A DNA stretch of 64,000 nt from a bacterium (GCA_035387885.1 DAOOOW010000002.1:7869-71868), one strand, 5' to 3'. Counted from the first letter of the stretch, positions 1 through 9,887 are shown. Numbers and translations are program-made. The notes: generated from the letters alone by a model not told the origin.

Positions 1-281
1 AGGAACTTTTTAGAGCTTATTTTGGCGAGGGAAATTATCGTCTTTTGTTAGAACAAAAAAATCAAAAACGTTTTGGATGTTCTATTGATAAACTGGAAAG
101 TTTGTTTATTGGTTATGGCCCTGAAAATGAAAAAATAATGCTTGATATAATTAAGGGGAAAAAAGTTGTTTTAGAGGCGATAGAAGGCTCGGGGGTTGAT
201 ATACAATATACAAACTTAAAAAAAATATTTTCTAATATTGATTTAATTATTAAACCAAGACCAACATTTAAAATTGAATAG
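1..281 (+). CDS. hypothetical protein, 5'-truncated by window edge
   Basis: Frame open from base 3 to TAG at 281; no recognisable motif. Confidence 0.5.
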   Translation, partial: ELFRAYFGEGNYRLLLEQKNQKRFGCSIDKLESLFIGYGPENEKIMLDIIKGKKVVLEAIEGSGVDIQYTNLKKIFSNIDLIIKPRPTFKIE

Positions 282-323
282 AGACTCCATTTAAAATGTA
301 GGACGATTAAAATAAGATTTTGT

Positions 324-352
324 TTGACATATCTTTTTAAAAAAAATATAAT
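324..352 (+). promoter_or_regulatory. sigma70-type promoter for tRNA-Leu
   Basis: Perfect TTGACA-17nt-TATAAT 20 nt upstream of tRNA. Confidence 0.8.
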
Positions 353-371
353 ATTCTTATTGATACATTTT

Positions 372-455
372 GCCCAGGTGGTGAAACTGGTATACACTCA
401 AGACTTAAAATCTTGCGGTCGCAAGGCCATGCGGGTTCGACCCCCGCCCTGGGCA
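372..455 (+). tRNA. tRNA-Leu(TAA)
   Basis: Cloverleaf GCCCAGG/CCTGGGC, anticodon arm CAAGA-CTTAAAA-TCTTG, long variable arm, GGTTCGAC; no encoded CCA. Confidence 0.95.
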
Positions 456-496
456 AATTAAAGGCCAGCTGTTTTTACAGTTGGTTTTTAATTTTG

Positions 497-526
497 TTGT
501 CATCCCAGACCATATCGGGGATCCAG
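497..526. repeat. family A palindrome, left arm (TTGTCATCCC...GGGATCCAG)
   Basis: Same motif recurs >15 times in window. Confidence 0.75.
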
Positions 527-598
527 GATTTTAATTTGCTTAATTTAAGTTTTTGTTATAAAATTAAACCAATATAAATAATAAAAAAAGTTGTTTTT

Positions 599-1045
599 AT
601 GTTTAATCACATAATAAGTTTATTTATTGCTAATTTTTTAGCTATTTATTCTTTTCGTTTTTTTCTAACCGCTAAGGTTCTATTAATAGATAAGAAAATA
701 TTGAGTTCCGATTACCATCATCCTATTTGGGTGAATGTAATAAATTTTCTTGAAGCGACTATTTTTGTAGTTTTCTCACTTTTTAACAAAGATATTATAT
801 TTTTGAATTATTTGCTAGTGGCGGTTTTTCTTTCTTTAATTTATGCTCTTTTATTAAAGATTGAGTACATAAAAATAATTAAGGCAAATTATAGATACAA
901 CTGGCAACGTCTTGGTTATTTAATTCATTATAAAATTATCTTTTTAAATCAAACGGCACAAAAAGTTCATAAAATTATAAAGATGATAATTATATTTTTA
1001 ATAGTATTACCAATTATTTATAAAATAATGAATATATTTTTTTGA
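599..1045 (+). CDS. hypothetical membrane protein
   Basis: 148-aa hydrophobic ORF. Confidence 0.6.
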   Translation: MFNHIISLFIANFLAIYSFRFFLTAKVLLIDKKILSSDYHHPIWVNVINFLEATIFVVFSLFNKDIIFLNYLLVAVFLSLIYALLLKIEYIKIIKANYRYNWQRLGYLIHYKIIFLNQTAQKVHKIIKMIIIFLIVLPIIYKIMNIFF

Positions 1046-1053
1046 GTAAAAAT

Positions 1054-2376
1054 ATGAAAACAGATATTAATAAGGTGTCTGTCACATCAGACAAAATGGA
1101 AAAAATAATTTCTCTGTGCAAGAGGCGCGGTTTTGTTTTTCCAGGTTCAGAAATTTATGGCGGTCTGCAAGGATTTTATGATTATGGTCCTTTGGGGGTA
1201 GAGATGAAAAATAATTTAAAAAAACTTTGGTGGCAATGGATGACGCGCCAACATGAAAATATTGTTGGCCTTGATGGCGCCATAATTACTAACCCCAAAG
1301 TTTGGGAAGCTTCTGGCCATCTAAAAAGTTTTGTTGACCCACTGGTTGAATGCAAGAAATGTCATCATCGTTTTAAAGCTGATGATTTGGCTGAAGAAAT
1401 GAAAAAATGTCCAGATTGTGCTGGAGAATTAACCGCGCCACGGATGTATAACACTTTAGTGCCAACCGAACTGGGAGTGATTGAGAGTGAAAAGACCAAA
1501 GCCTATCTCAGGGGTGAAGCCTGCCAAACAATTTATTTGAATTATAAAAATGTTTTAAATTCTACACGTGGCTTAAAAATTCCTTTTGGTATTTGTCAAA
1601 TTGGCAAAGCTTTTCGCAATGAAGTTACTCCGGGTAATTTTCTTTTTCGCCAAAGAGAATTTGAACAATGGGATTTGCAATGGTTTTGTCATCCGGATGA
1701 AATGGCCAAGTGGTTTGCATATTGGAAAAACGAAAGAATGAATTGGTATCAAGCAATTTTTACGCATCCAGAAAATCTTGGTTTTTATGAACATGAAAAA
1801 TTAGCTCATTATGCTAAAAAAGCTTTTGATATAGAATATCTGGCTTCACCAATTGGCAAAGAAATGGAGGGCCTTCATTGGCGCGGGGATTGGGATTTAT
1901 CTAATCACGCTAAATTTTCTGGTGAAGATTTGAGTTATTTTGATGCAGAAAAAAATGAAAAATTTGTGCCCCACATTGTAGAAACTTCTGGCGGAGTTGA
2001 TCGCACATTTTTGTTTTTATTGCTTGACGCCTATACAGAAGAAGAGGGCAGAGTGGTTTTAAAATTAAATTACAAAATCGCACCATACAAAGTCGCAGTT
2101 TTTCCGCTTTTAGCCAACAAACCTCAACTTGTTGAAAAAGCCAAAGAGATTTATAACAATTTAAAAAAAGAATTTAATGTCGCCTGGGACGAACGCGGTA
2201 ATATTGGCAAAAGATATTATTCTCAAGATGAAATTGGCACTCCATTTTGCGTCACCATTGATTTTGATTCTCTGGAAGACAAAAAAGTGACCATACGCGA
2301 TAGAGACACCATGAAGCAAGAACGTGTTGCTGTAGAAGATTTACACAATTACTTAACAAAAGTATTGTCATCCTAA
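1054..2376 (+). CDS. glyQS: glycine--tRNA ligase (alpha2 type)
   Basis: CKRRGFVFPGSEIYGG, FRNEVTPGNFLFRQREFEQ, IGKRYYSQDEIGTPFCVTID; start uncertain (1042/1054/1096). Confidence 0.97.
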   Translation: MKTDINKVSVTSDKMEKIISLCKRRGFVFPGSEIYGGLQGFYDYGPLGVEMKNNLKKLWWQWMTRQHENIVGLDGAIITNPKVWEASGHLKSFVDPLVECKKCHHRFKADDLAEEMKKCPDCAGELTAPRMYNTLVPTELGVIESEKTKAYLRGEACQTIYLNYKNVLNSTRGLKIPFGICQIGKAFRNEVTPGNFLFRQREFEQWDLQWFCHPDEMAKWFAYWKNERMNWYQAIFTHPENLGFYEHEKLAHYAKKAFDIEYLASPIGKEMEGLHWRGDWDLSNHAKFSGEDLSYFDAEKNEKFVPHIVETSGGVDRTFLFLLLDAYTEEEGRVVLKLNYKIAPYKVAVFPLLANKPQLVEKAKEIYNNLKKEFNVAWDERGNIGKRYYSQDEIGTPFCVTIDFDSLEDKKVTIRDRDTMKQERVAVEDLHNYLTKVLSS

Positions 2377-2394
2377 ATTTGATTTAGGATCCAG
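2365..2394. repeat. family A left arm overlapping glyQS stop
   Basis: TTGTCATCCTAAATTTGATTTAGGATCCAG. Confidence 0.8.
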
Positions 2395-2400
2395 AAAATT

Positions 2401-2897
2401 ATGAAGAAAGCTTTATTGTCATTGATGTACAAAAGGGTTTTTTAAATCTTGCCACAAAAAATTTTCCAGTTAAAATTAAAAAGTATTTAGAACAAAATAA
2501 ACATAAATTTGATTTAATTTTGTTTACTCAATATTTAAATCGACTCAATAGTCAATTTGTTAAATTTTTTAATTGGCGTGGCTTTATTGATAAAAAAGAA
2601 AATGATTTATGTGAAGAAATTAAATCCTTTATTAGCAAAAATAATTTATTTAAGAAGTATACTTACGGCAGTTTTGTGGATGATAAATTATTAAAAATTT
2701 TAAAGAAAAATAAAATTGAAGAAGTGTATCTTGTGGGCATTGCTACAGAAAATTGTGTTTTAAATTTTGCTAGGGATGCTTTTGATAGGGGATTCAAAAT
2801 TACAGTTTTAAAAAACTACTGCTTAAGCGATTCTGATAAAAAATTACACAAAGCAGCTTTGAAAATTATTAAAAACAATATTGGGGAAGTCAAATAA
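2401..2897 (+). pseudogene. isochorismatase/cysteine hydrolase family, frameshifted near 2415
   Basis: ATG AAG AAA GCT TTA then IVIDVQKGF continues in another frame that joins ORF 2520..2897 (GIATENCV...DAFDRGF). Confidence 0.8.
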
Positions 2898-2902
2898 ATT
2901 TT

Positions 2903-4168
2903 ATGCAAAAATATACTTTAAAAAATAAAACCAGAGTAATTTTAACGCCACTTAAAGGCACCAAGGCAGTGACGATTTTGGTTTTATATGGCGTGGGTTC
3001 GCGTTATGAAAGTGAAGAATTGGCTGGCATGTCGCATTTTTTAGAACACATGATGTTTAAAGGTACAACTAAAAGACCAAACACTCTGGCCTTGTCCAAA
3101 GAATTGGATCAAGTGGGGGCGCAATTTAATGCCTACACTGGTAAAGATCAAACAGGTTATTGGATTAAAGTTAATAGTGAACATTTAGATTTGGGTTTAG
3201 ATATGCTTTCAGACATGCTCCATAATTCTAAATTTGACGCTGAAGAATTAAACAGAGAAAAAGGCACGATTATAGAAGAAATAAATATGTATGAAGATAC
3301 TCCAGCCAGACACGTGGAGAGTTTGTTAGAAGAAATAGTTTTTAAAGGTAATACCTTGGCTCGTGATATTGCTGGTTCTAAAAAAACTGTCTCGTCTACT
3401 ACCAGAGAAAAAATGTTGGCCTATTGGCAAAAAAAATATAGTCCTCAAAGTTGCGTCATTAGTATTGCTGGTAAATTTAATCTTAATCAACTTAAAAAAA
3501 ATCTTGTTAAATATTTTGGCCAGGAAATGTCTCAGAGTAAAAAAAATAGTTTTGTTAAGTTCCGAGAATTTCAAAACAAACCGCAGCTTAAATTACAATA
3601 CAAAAAAACAGAGCAAGTGCATCTTTCTTTTGGTTTTACTGGGCCGAAATTAGCTGATAAAGATTTAATGGCCACGCAACTTTTGTCAGTTATTTTAGGT
3701 GGTTCGATGAGTTCCAGATTATTTATCAATATTCGCGAACGCCATGGTCTTTGTTATTATATTCGCGCCAGTCATGATCCTGTGCAAGATACGGGAATTT
3801 TTAATATTTCCGCTGGTCTTGATAAAAAAAGAATATTTACCGCTATCGAATTAATCTTGGAAGAAATAAGAAAAACTAAAAATCAAGGTATTACACTCGA
3901 AGAATTGAGTAAAGCCAAAGAATTTTTAAAAGGCCATTTAATTTTAGAAATGGAAGATTCCAGTAGTGTTGCCGATTGGTATGGCCGGCAGGAATTAATG
4001 TTAAATAAAACTAAAACGCCAGAAGAAAAAATTAAACAATTAATGGCTGTTAAAAAAACCTTTATTGATGCTGTGGCCAAGAAAATTTTTCAAACCAGCA
4101 AATTAAACCTGGCTTTAATTGGACCGTTTAAAAAGGAACAAGAATTTTTAAAATTACTTAAAATATAA
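2903..4168 (+). CDS. M16 family zinc peptidase
   Basis: HFLEHMMFKGT (HxxEH), LGGSMSSRLF..IRE..GLCY. Confidence 0.95.
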   Translation: MQKYTLKNKTRVILTPLKGTKAVTILVLYGVGSRYESEELAGMSHFLEHMMFKGTTKRPNTLALSKELDQVGAQFNAYTGKDQTGYWIKVNSEHLDLGLDMLSDMLHNSKFDAEELNREKGTIIEEINMYEDTPARHVESLLEEIVFKGNTLARDIAGSKKTVSSTTREKMLAYWQKKYSPQSCVISIAGKFNLNQLKKNLVKYFGQEMSQSKKNSFVKFREFQNKPQLKLQYKKTEQVHLSFGFTGPKLADKDLMATQLLSVILGGSMSSRLFINIRERHGLCYYIRASHDPVQDTGIFNISAGLDKKRIFTAIELILEEIRKTKNQGITLEELSKAKEFLKGHLILEMEDSSSVADWYGRQELMLNKTKTPEEKIKQLMAVKKTFIDAVAKKIFQTSKLNLALIGPFKKEQEFLKLLKI

Positions 4169-4169
4169 C

Positions 4170-4290
4170 AAATACAATTCTTAATTTCTAATTTTGAATT
4201 TTAAAATAAATCTTAATTTTATAATTTTTAAAATTGAAATATTATAAAATTATTTCAAAATTCCAAAATTAAAAATTCAAAATTTTAATC
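4170..4290. repeat. degenerate heptamer/AT-rich repeat tract (TTCTAAT/TTTAAAA type)
   Basis: Similar tracts at 10890-10975 and 53017-53075. Confidence 0.6.
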
Positions 4291-4292
4291 CT

Positions 4293-5318
4293 ATGTCTTC
4301 TCAAACCTCTATTTCTTACACCTCAATTTTCCGCGTGGTGGCCGTACTTTTAGCACTTTTTGTTGCCTATGTAATTCGCGATGTTATTGGGTTATTATTT
4401 GTAGCCATAGTCATTGCGGCGGCTTTGGATCCTTTTGTAGATTATTTGCAAAAACATAAAATTCCGCGCTCAGTTTCTATTTTAGTGATTTTTTTAATTA
4501 CTTTGTCATTATTTAGTTTGGTGATTGTATTACTAATCCCACCCATTTCAGAACAAGTGGGACAATTAGCCAGAAACTTACCGGATTATTATGAAAAAGT
4601 GGCCTTAGGTTTTAATCGTTTAGGTTCTGATGGATCAGGCTCATCAGTCCCAGCAACTCTGCCGGACGCTCTTTCAAGTCTTAGTTCTAATTTGGCTGGT
4701 GCCACTGGTGGAGTGTTTACTACTTTAACAGGAATTTTTGGTGGTTTGATATCTCTGGTTTCTTTATTAGTGATTGTTTTTTATTTAATGGTCCAAGAAG
4801 ATGGTATTAAATATTATGTTAAACAAATTGTTCCAGAAAAATATAAAAAATATTCACTTGATTTATTTGATCGCATTCAAAATAAACTGGGTTTGTGGCT
4901 AAGAGGACAATTAATTTTGTGTTTGATGGTTGGTTTAGCAGTTTATATTGGTTTAACAATTTTAGGAGTTAAATATGCATTACTCTTGGGTTTTGTGGCA
5001 GCTATTACGGAAATAATACCTTATGTTGGTCCATTTATTGGGGCTATTCCAGGTGTCTTTATTGCTTTTTCAGATTCTCTAACGAAAGTTTTGTTGGTAG
5101 TTTTGGTATATTTTATTGTTCAACAACTAGAAAATAGTGTTTTGGTACCGAAAGTAATGCAAAAATCAGTGGGCTTGGATGCTGTGGTGGTTGTGGTGGC
5201 AATTTTAGTTGGTGGTTCACTTGGCGGAATTGTAGGTGCCCTTTTAGCAGTACCAGTGGCAGTCATTGTTGAAGTTGTTGCTGTAGACTTTATTAATAAA
5301 AAATATCCTCAAGCTTAA
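4293..5318 (+). CDS. AI-2E family transporter
   Basis: IPYVGPFIG, QQLEN..LVPKVM, GALLAVPV. Confidence 0.93.
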   Translation: MSSQTSISYTSIFRVVAVLLALFVAYVIRDVIGLLFVAIVIAAALDPFVDYLQKHKIPRSVSILVIFLITLSLFSLVIVLLIPPISEQVGQLARNLPDYYEKVALGFNRLGSDGSGSSVPATLPDALSSLSSNLAGATGGVFTTLTGIFGGLISLVSLLVIVFYLMVQEDGIKYYVKQIVPEKYKKYSLDLFDRIQNKLGLWLRGQLILCLMVGLAVYIGLTILGVKYALLLGFVAAITEIIPYVGPFIGAIPGVFIAFSDSLTKVLLVVLVYFIVQQLENSVLVPKVMQKSVGLDAVVVVVAILVGGSLGGIVGALLAVPVAVIVEVVAVDFINKKYPQA

Positions 5319-5319
5319 T

Positions 5320-6129
5320 ATGTTATATATAGTCGCTACACCAATTGGCAATTTGGAAGACATAACATTGCGTGCGCTTAGAATTTTTAAGAGTGTTGAT
5401 TATATTTTATGTGAAGATACGCGCGTCACCAAAAAACTTTTAGATCATTATGAAATTTATCCTATCAAATCTTTGGTCAAAGACCAAAGTGCCAAGCAAT
5501 TTGACAGGCTAAATAAAAAATTAATTAGTTATCATCAGCATAGTAGTGACAAAAAGATTCAGGAAATTCTTGAATTAATAAAAAATAATAATGTAGCATT
5601 AGTCACTGATGCTGGTACACCAGGTATTTCTGATCCGGGAAATAAATTGATTGCGCGTTTGGTAGAGACGAGGCATTGCCTCGTTTCTTCTAATACCAAC
5701 ATTGTACCTGTCCCTGGCCCCTCGGCTTTAATTACCGCACTTTCTATTTCTGGTTTGCCAACTGATAAATTTATTTTTAAAGGTTTTGTGCCTCATAAAA
5801 AAGGCCGTGAAACTTTTTTGCGTCAGGTTTTAGATTCAGAAGAGACTGTGGTTTTTTATGAATCCTGTCATCGAATTTTAAAAACACTTTCCGCGCTATG
5901 TTATCCGTCTTTTTGTCATTCCCGCGAAAGCGGGAATCCAGAAAAAGATAACTGGATCCCCGATCAAGTCAGGGATGACAAAAAAGAAAAACACCTTGTT
6001 GTCTGTCGTGAACTAACTAAAAAATTTGAAACTATTTATCGTGGCACTGCTAATGAAATTTTAGAACAAATAAAAAAGGACTTCCCGACGGGAAATCCTA
6101 AAGGCGAATTTGTCGTGATTAGTGGTTAA
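5320..6129 (+). CDS. rsmI: 16S rRNA C1402 2'-O-methyltransferase, with three repeat-derived insertions
   Basis: LYIVATPIGNLEDIT, DAGTPGISDPG, CRELTKKFE, KGEFV. Confidence 0.96.
   Translation: MLYIVATPIGNLEDITLRALRIFKSVDYILCEDTRVTKKLLDHYEIYPIKSLVKDQSAKQFDRLNKKLISYHQHSSDKKIQEILELIKNNNVALVTDAGTPGISDPGNKLIARLVETRHCLVSSNTNIVPVPGPSALITALSISGLPTDKFIFKGFVPHKKGRETFLRQVLDSEETVVFYESCHRILKTLSALCYPSFCHSRESGNPEKDNWIPDQVRDDKKEKHLVVCRELTKKFETIYRGTANEILEQIKKDFPTGNPKGEFVVISG
5913..5981. repeat. complete family A element in-frame in rsmI
   Basis: TTGTCATTCCCGCGAAAGCGGGAATCC...GGATCCCCGATCAAGTCAGGGATGACAA; encodes CHSRESGNPEKDNWIPDQVRDDK. Confidence 0.9.
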
Positions 6130-6134
6130 AATTG

Positions 6135-6335
6135 TCACTTAATCACAAACGCAGAAATCAATTTGAAATATTGATTTAATATCAATAAACCCACCAAGAT
6201 GCAAATAATACAAAACCCTTGAAAACCAATAATTGGTGGACGACCAAACTCTGTGGCTCTCTCGATGTTTTTATTAATAATTAAACCCGCTACTCCTAAT
6301 ATCAAAAAAATAATGCCAAAAAAAAGATTCCACAT
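6135..6335 (-). CDS. small two-TM membrane protein (66 aa)
   Basis: AGGAGG SD upstream of ATG at 6335; two hydrophobic helices. Confidence 0.65.
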   Translation of the reverse strand: MWNLFFGIIFLILGVAGLIINKNIERATEFGRPPIIGFQGFCIICILVGLLILNQYFKLISAFVIK

Positions 6336-6377
6336 AGTTCCTCCTGTTGTTGGATTACGAAATTTTAAAACCTTTTT

Positions 6378-7820
6378 ATGTCTAATAAATTTTATCTTAC
6401 CACAACTCTGCCTTATGTCAATGCTGAACCACACATTGGTTTTGCTTTGGAAATTATTCAAGCCGATGTTCTAGCGCGCTGGCACAGATTTTTAGGTCAG
6501 GAAGTTTTTTTTAATACTGGCACAGATGAACATGGTTTGAAAATTTATCGTAAAGCTTTGGCAGAAAATAAAACTCCCCAAGATTATTGCAATGAATACG
6601 CCACCAAATTTGATAATTTAAAAAGTGCTTTAAATTTAAGTTATAATAATTTTATCCGCACTACTGATGAACACCACACCAAGGCGGCCCAGGAGTTTTG
6701 GCAACGTTGCGAGAAAAATGGTGATATCTACAAAAAAAATTATAGCGTAAAATATTGTGTGGGTTGTGAACTAGAAAAAACCGAATCAGAACTGGTTAAT
6801 AACAAATGTCCAATTCATCCAAATTTAGACTTGGAATTAATTGCTGAAGAAAATTATTTTTTTAGTTTTTCCAAATATCAAGATAAACTTTTAGAATTAT
6901 ATAAAAATAACCCAGAGTTTGTTGTGCCTACCCATCGCTTGCATGAAATAAAAAATTTTGTGGAGGGCGGTTTAGAAGATTTTAGTATTTCTCGATTGAA
7001 AGAAAAAATGCCATGGGGCATTTCTGTGCCAGGCGATGAAAACCATGTGATGTATGTTTGGTTTGACGCTTTGGTTAATTATATTTCCTGTCTGGGTTGG
7101 CCAGATGATGAAAAAAAGTTTAAAGAATTTTGGCCAGGAACGCAAGTGGCAGGCAAAGATAATTTACGTCAACAAACTGCCATGTGGCAAGCCATGTTAA
7201 TGTCTGCTGGTTTACCAAATTCCAAACAAATTTTTATTCATGGTTTTATCACTGCTGGTGGAGAAAAAATGAGTAAATCACTTGGCAATGTGGTTAACCC
7301 TTTTGAGTTAGTTGAAAAATATGGCACTGATGCTATACGTTATTATCTTTTAGCAAAACTTCCACCATATGAAGATGGTGATTATACTGAAGAAAAATTT
7401 AAAGAAGCCTATACTGCTGACCTTTGCAACGGCCTTGGCAACCTTGTCTCGCGATTTTCTAATCTAATCGAAAAGAATAATCTTACTTTGCCATCCCGAC
7501 GAAAGTCGGGATCCAGCAATATTGATGGTAATCAATTGTCAAAAACATTTTCCGACAAATTATCTCACTATAAATTCAATGAAGCCCTAGAAGTTCTCTG
7601 GGCCAAACTTCGTGCTTGTGATGAAACAATTACCAAAACAGAACCTTGGAAAATTAAAGATCAAGAAAAACTCAAAGAAATTTTAGAGCCTATTGCAGAG
7701 GATATTTTAAATGTGGCCATTTTGCTCCAACCCTTTATGCCTAGTACGGCTGAAAAAATAATCAAGACTTTTACAGCAGAAAAAATTGTCAAAAGCGAAC
7801 CATTATTTCCAAGAATATAA
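6378..7820 (+). CDS. metG: methionine--tRNA ligase
   Basis: YVNAEPHIG, GTDEHG, YVWFDAL, KMSKS. Confidence 0.98.
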   Translation: MSNKFYLTTTLPYVNAEPHIGFALEIIQADVLARWHRFLGQEVFFNTGTDEHGLKIYRKALAENKTPQDYCNEYATKFDNLKSALNLSYNNFIRTTDEHHTKAAQEFWQRCEKNGDIYKKNYSVKYCVGCELEKTESELVNNKCPIHPNLDLELIAEENYFFSFSKYQDKLLELYKNNPEFVVPTHRLHEIKNFVEGGLEDFSISRLKEKMPWGISVPGDENHVMYVWFDALVNYISCLGWPDDEKKFKEFWPGTQVAGKDNLRQQTAMWQAMLMSAGLPNSKQIFIHGFITAGGEKMSKSLGNVVNPFELVEKYGTDAIRYYLLAKLPPYEDGDYTEEKFKEAYTADLCNGLGNLVSRFSNLIEKNNLTLPSRRKSGSSNIDGNQLSKTFSDKLSHYKFNEALEVLWAKLRACDETITKTEPWKIKDQEKLKEILEPIAEDILNVAILLQPFMPSTAEKIIKTFTAEKIVKSEPLFPRI

Positions 7821-7905
7821 TACGAATTATTACAAATTATTTGCGAATTATATTAATTGAATTTTATTCGCACAATTCGCAAATAATTCGCTAATAATTA
7901 GCATA
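7820..7905. repeat. CGAAT/ATTCG degenerate repeat tract
   Basis: Similar tracts at 15478-15560, 52500-52590, 53625-53670, 57815-57885. Confidence 0.65.
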
Positions 7906-7912
7906 AAAACTT

Positions 7913-8428
7913 ATGACCATTTTAGATTTCATTCTCATTATTATTCTTTTTTTCTTCACCTTTTCTGGCTTTTGGTTTGGTTTAATCCACACGCTTGGAG
8001 CGCTTGTTGGCACTATTGCTGGCGTTTTAATTGCTGGTCATTATTTTGAAACTGGCACCAGTTTAATTAGTCCCATATTTATGGGTAATACTAATTTGGC
8101 CAGAATTGTGGCTTTTATTTTAATTTTTATTATTGTCAATCGTTTGGTTGGTTTAGTTTTTTGGCTTATCAATAAATTGTTTAATGTCATTGCTATTATT
8201 CCATTTTTAAAAACCATCAACCGTTTGGCTGGAGCAGTACTTGGTTTTTTAGAAGGTTCTTTGGTTTTAGGGGTAGTCATAATTATGATTGGTAAATTTC
8301 CTTTTGCAAATTTTATTATTCCAGCCATTGATGTTTCTAAAGTAGCTAAATATCTAATTTCTGTGGGCAAAATTCTCATGCCTCTTCTGCCAGAAATTGT
8401 TAAACATGCGCAATCATTTATTAAATAA
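7913..8428 (+). CDS. CvpA (colicin V production) family membrane protein
   Basis: LD.ILI N-terminus, INRLAGAVLGFLEG. Confidence 0.85.
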   Translation: MTILDFILIIILFFFTFSGFWFGLIHTLGALVGTIAGVLIAGHYFETGTSLISPIFMGNTNLARIVAFILIFIIVNRLVGLVFWLINKLFNVIAIIPFLKTINRLAGAVLGFLEGSLVLGVVIIMIGKFPFANFIIPAIDVSKVAKYLISVGKILMPLLPEIVKHAQSFIK

Positions 8429-8430
8429 TT

Positions 8431-8598
8431 CGTTTACCCACCTGCGCTCCATGGCGACCAATTATCGCTCCGGCGGATAAACTCCAGTTTTAAAATAATA
8501 TTATCTTAAAAATAAGAACCTGCCCCTGCCTAGCCAGCAGGCAGTCGCCGTAGTCCAATTATGAAAATAGTTGTGATAGAAAATCGGCGAAGGCGGGC
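8431..8598. repeat. cluster of palindromes (GTTTAYCC...GGATAAAC; CCTG-CCGCC...GAAGGCGGG with nested CCTGCC...GCAGGCAG)
   Basis: Motifs recur in gyrB, tatD, pheT, murG. Confidence 0.7.
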
Positions 8599-8605
8599 AA
8601 AGATT

Positions 8606-9439
8606 ATGCCACTAATCGATTCTCACTGCCATCTAAATTCTAAGGAATTTGAGAATAACTATAAAGAAATAATTGCCGATTGTCTTGAAAAAGAAATCGG
8701 TCTTCTTAACATTGGCGCGGATTTTGAAACCTCCAAACGCGCTGTAGAAATTGCTAGCGAGTATCCCAATAAACCAATTTACGCTTCTATTGGTATGCAC
8801 CCAGAAAGCATTCAGGAAAATTTTGATGCTGAAAAATTTCAAAAATTAATTAACCCCAAAACCGTGGCTGTTGGTGAAATCGGTTTAGAATATTTTTTTG
8901 ATAATAAGCAGGAATTAAAGGAAAAACAACAAGAATTATTTAGACAACAATTAAATTTTGCCATAAAAAATAATTTACCAGTAATTTTACACGCCCGTGG
9001 TTCAAAATTAAATCCCTACGATGTATATGAGGACATGTTAGATATTTTAAAAAAACAGGAACCTGCCCGCCGGAGCGATAATTGGTCGCGATGGAGCGAA
9101 GGCGGGGAGAAGGGTGTCGTCCACTGTTTTAGCGCTAGCCAGGAAATCGCTCAAAAATTTCTTGATCTGGGTTTTTATATTGGCCTAACTGGTTTAATTA
9201 CCTTTAAAAACAAATCAGTTGACAGTTTGCGCCAAACTGTTAAAATGATTCCTTTGGAGCGTCTTTTAGTGGAAACCGACACGCCATATATGACCCCAGA
9301 ACCACACAGGGGTGAGAAAAATTTGCCCCAATACACTGAATTTGTGGCCAGGAAACTAGCCGCAATAAAAGGTGTGAGTTATACAGAAATTTGTAAAATC
9401 ACCACAGAAAATTTTAAAAAATTGTTTTTAAAAAAATAA
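8606..9439 (+). CDS. TatD family DNase
   Basis: IDSHCH, GMHP, GEIGL, HCFS, ETDTPY; start moved to MPLIDSH. Confidence 0.95.
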   Translation: MPLIDSHCHLNSKEFENNYKEIIADCLEKEIGLLNIGADFETSKRAVEIASEYPNKPIYASIGMHPESIQENFDAEKFQKLINPKTVAVGEIGLEYFFDNKQELKEKQQELFRQQLNFAIKNNLPVILHARGSKLNPYDVYEDMLDILKKQEPARRSDNWSRWSEGGEKGVVHCFSASQEIAQKFLDLGFYIGLTGLITFKNKSVDSLRQTVKMIPLERLLVETDTPYMTPEPHRGEKNLPQYTEFVARKLAAIKGVSYTEICKITTENFKKLFLKK

Positions 9440-9442
9440 TTT

Positions 9443-9546
9443 GTTCGCTCCAGTCTCCTGACTGGAGCGGCAATGCTTCCTTAATGTAAAAGATTTTAAT
9501 TACATTATTGAACATAAAGCCTCCAGTCAGGAGACATGGAGGCAAC
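9443..9546. repeat. family F element (GTTCGCTCCAGTCTCC...GGAGAC(A)TGGAG..AAC)
   Basis: Terminal inverted repeats; related copies at 15924, 16177, 25324, 29989. Confidence 0.85.
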
Positions 9547-9552
9547 ATAGTT

Positions 9553-9885
9553 ATGCCCATCCCTCGCACCGACAAACTCAACAAAGAATTTCAACATTTG
9601 ATTGCCGAATTTGTGACAAGAGAACTAGATTTACCGATTGATTTTTTAGTTACTATTACTCATGTAGCCATAGATGGTGGATTATCTGAAGCTAGAATTT
9701 GGCTTTCTGTTTTACCTTTTGAAAAATCAGAAATAGCCATTGGTGAATTAATTAAAAATAAGCAAAACTTGGTTAATTATTTAAACAAAAATTTAAGCAT
9801 TAGAAGAATTCCACGTTTATTGTTTTTAATAGATGAAACAGAACAAGAAGCCACAGAGTTGGAGAAAATAATTAACAAAAATTAG
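9553..9885 (+). CDS. rbfA: ribosome-binding factor A
   Basis: R.DKLN..., LVTITHV, RRIPRLLF..D; upstream of DHH gene. Confidence 0.85.
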   Translation: MPIPRTDKLNKEFQHLIAEFVTRELDLPIDFLVTITHVAIDGGLSEARIWLSVLPFEKSEIAIGELIKNKQNLVNYLNKNLSIRRIPRLLFLIDETEQEATELEKIINKN

Positions 9886-9887
9886 AA

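Noticed and set aside
113-397. Short antisense/overlapping ORFs in the track (e.g. 113-397, 1573-1794, 8041-8379, 43243-43728, 52165-52443, 61504-61920)
   Set aside because: Shadows of confident genes or tRNAs on the opposite strand or frame, with no motifs
8561-8605. N-terminal extensions predicted for tatD, rbfA, rplS, rplA, the VanX-like gene and others
   Set aside because: The extensions are translations of upstream repeat elements; conserved domains begin at downstream ATGs
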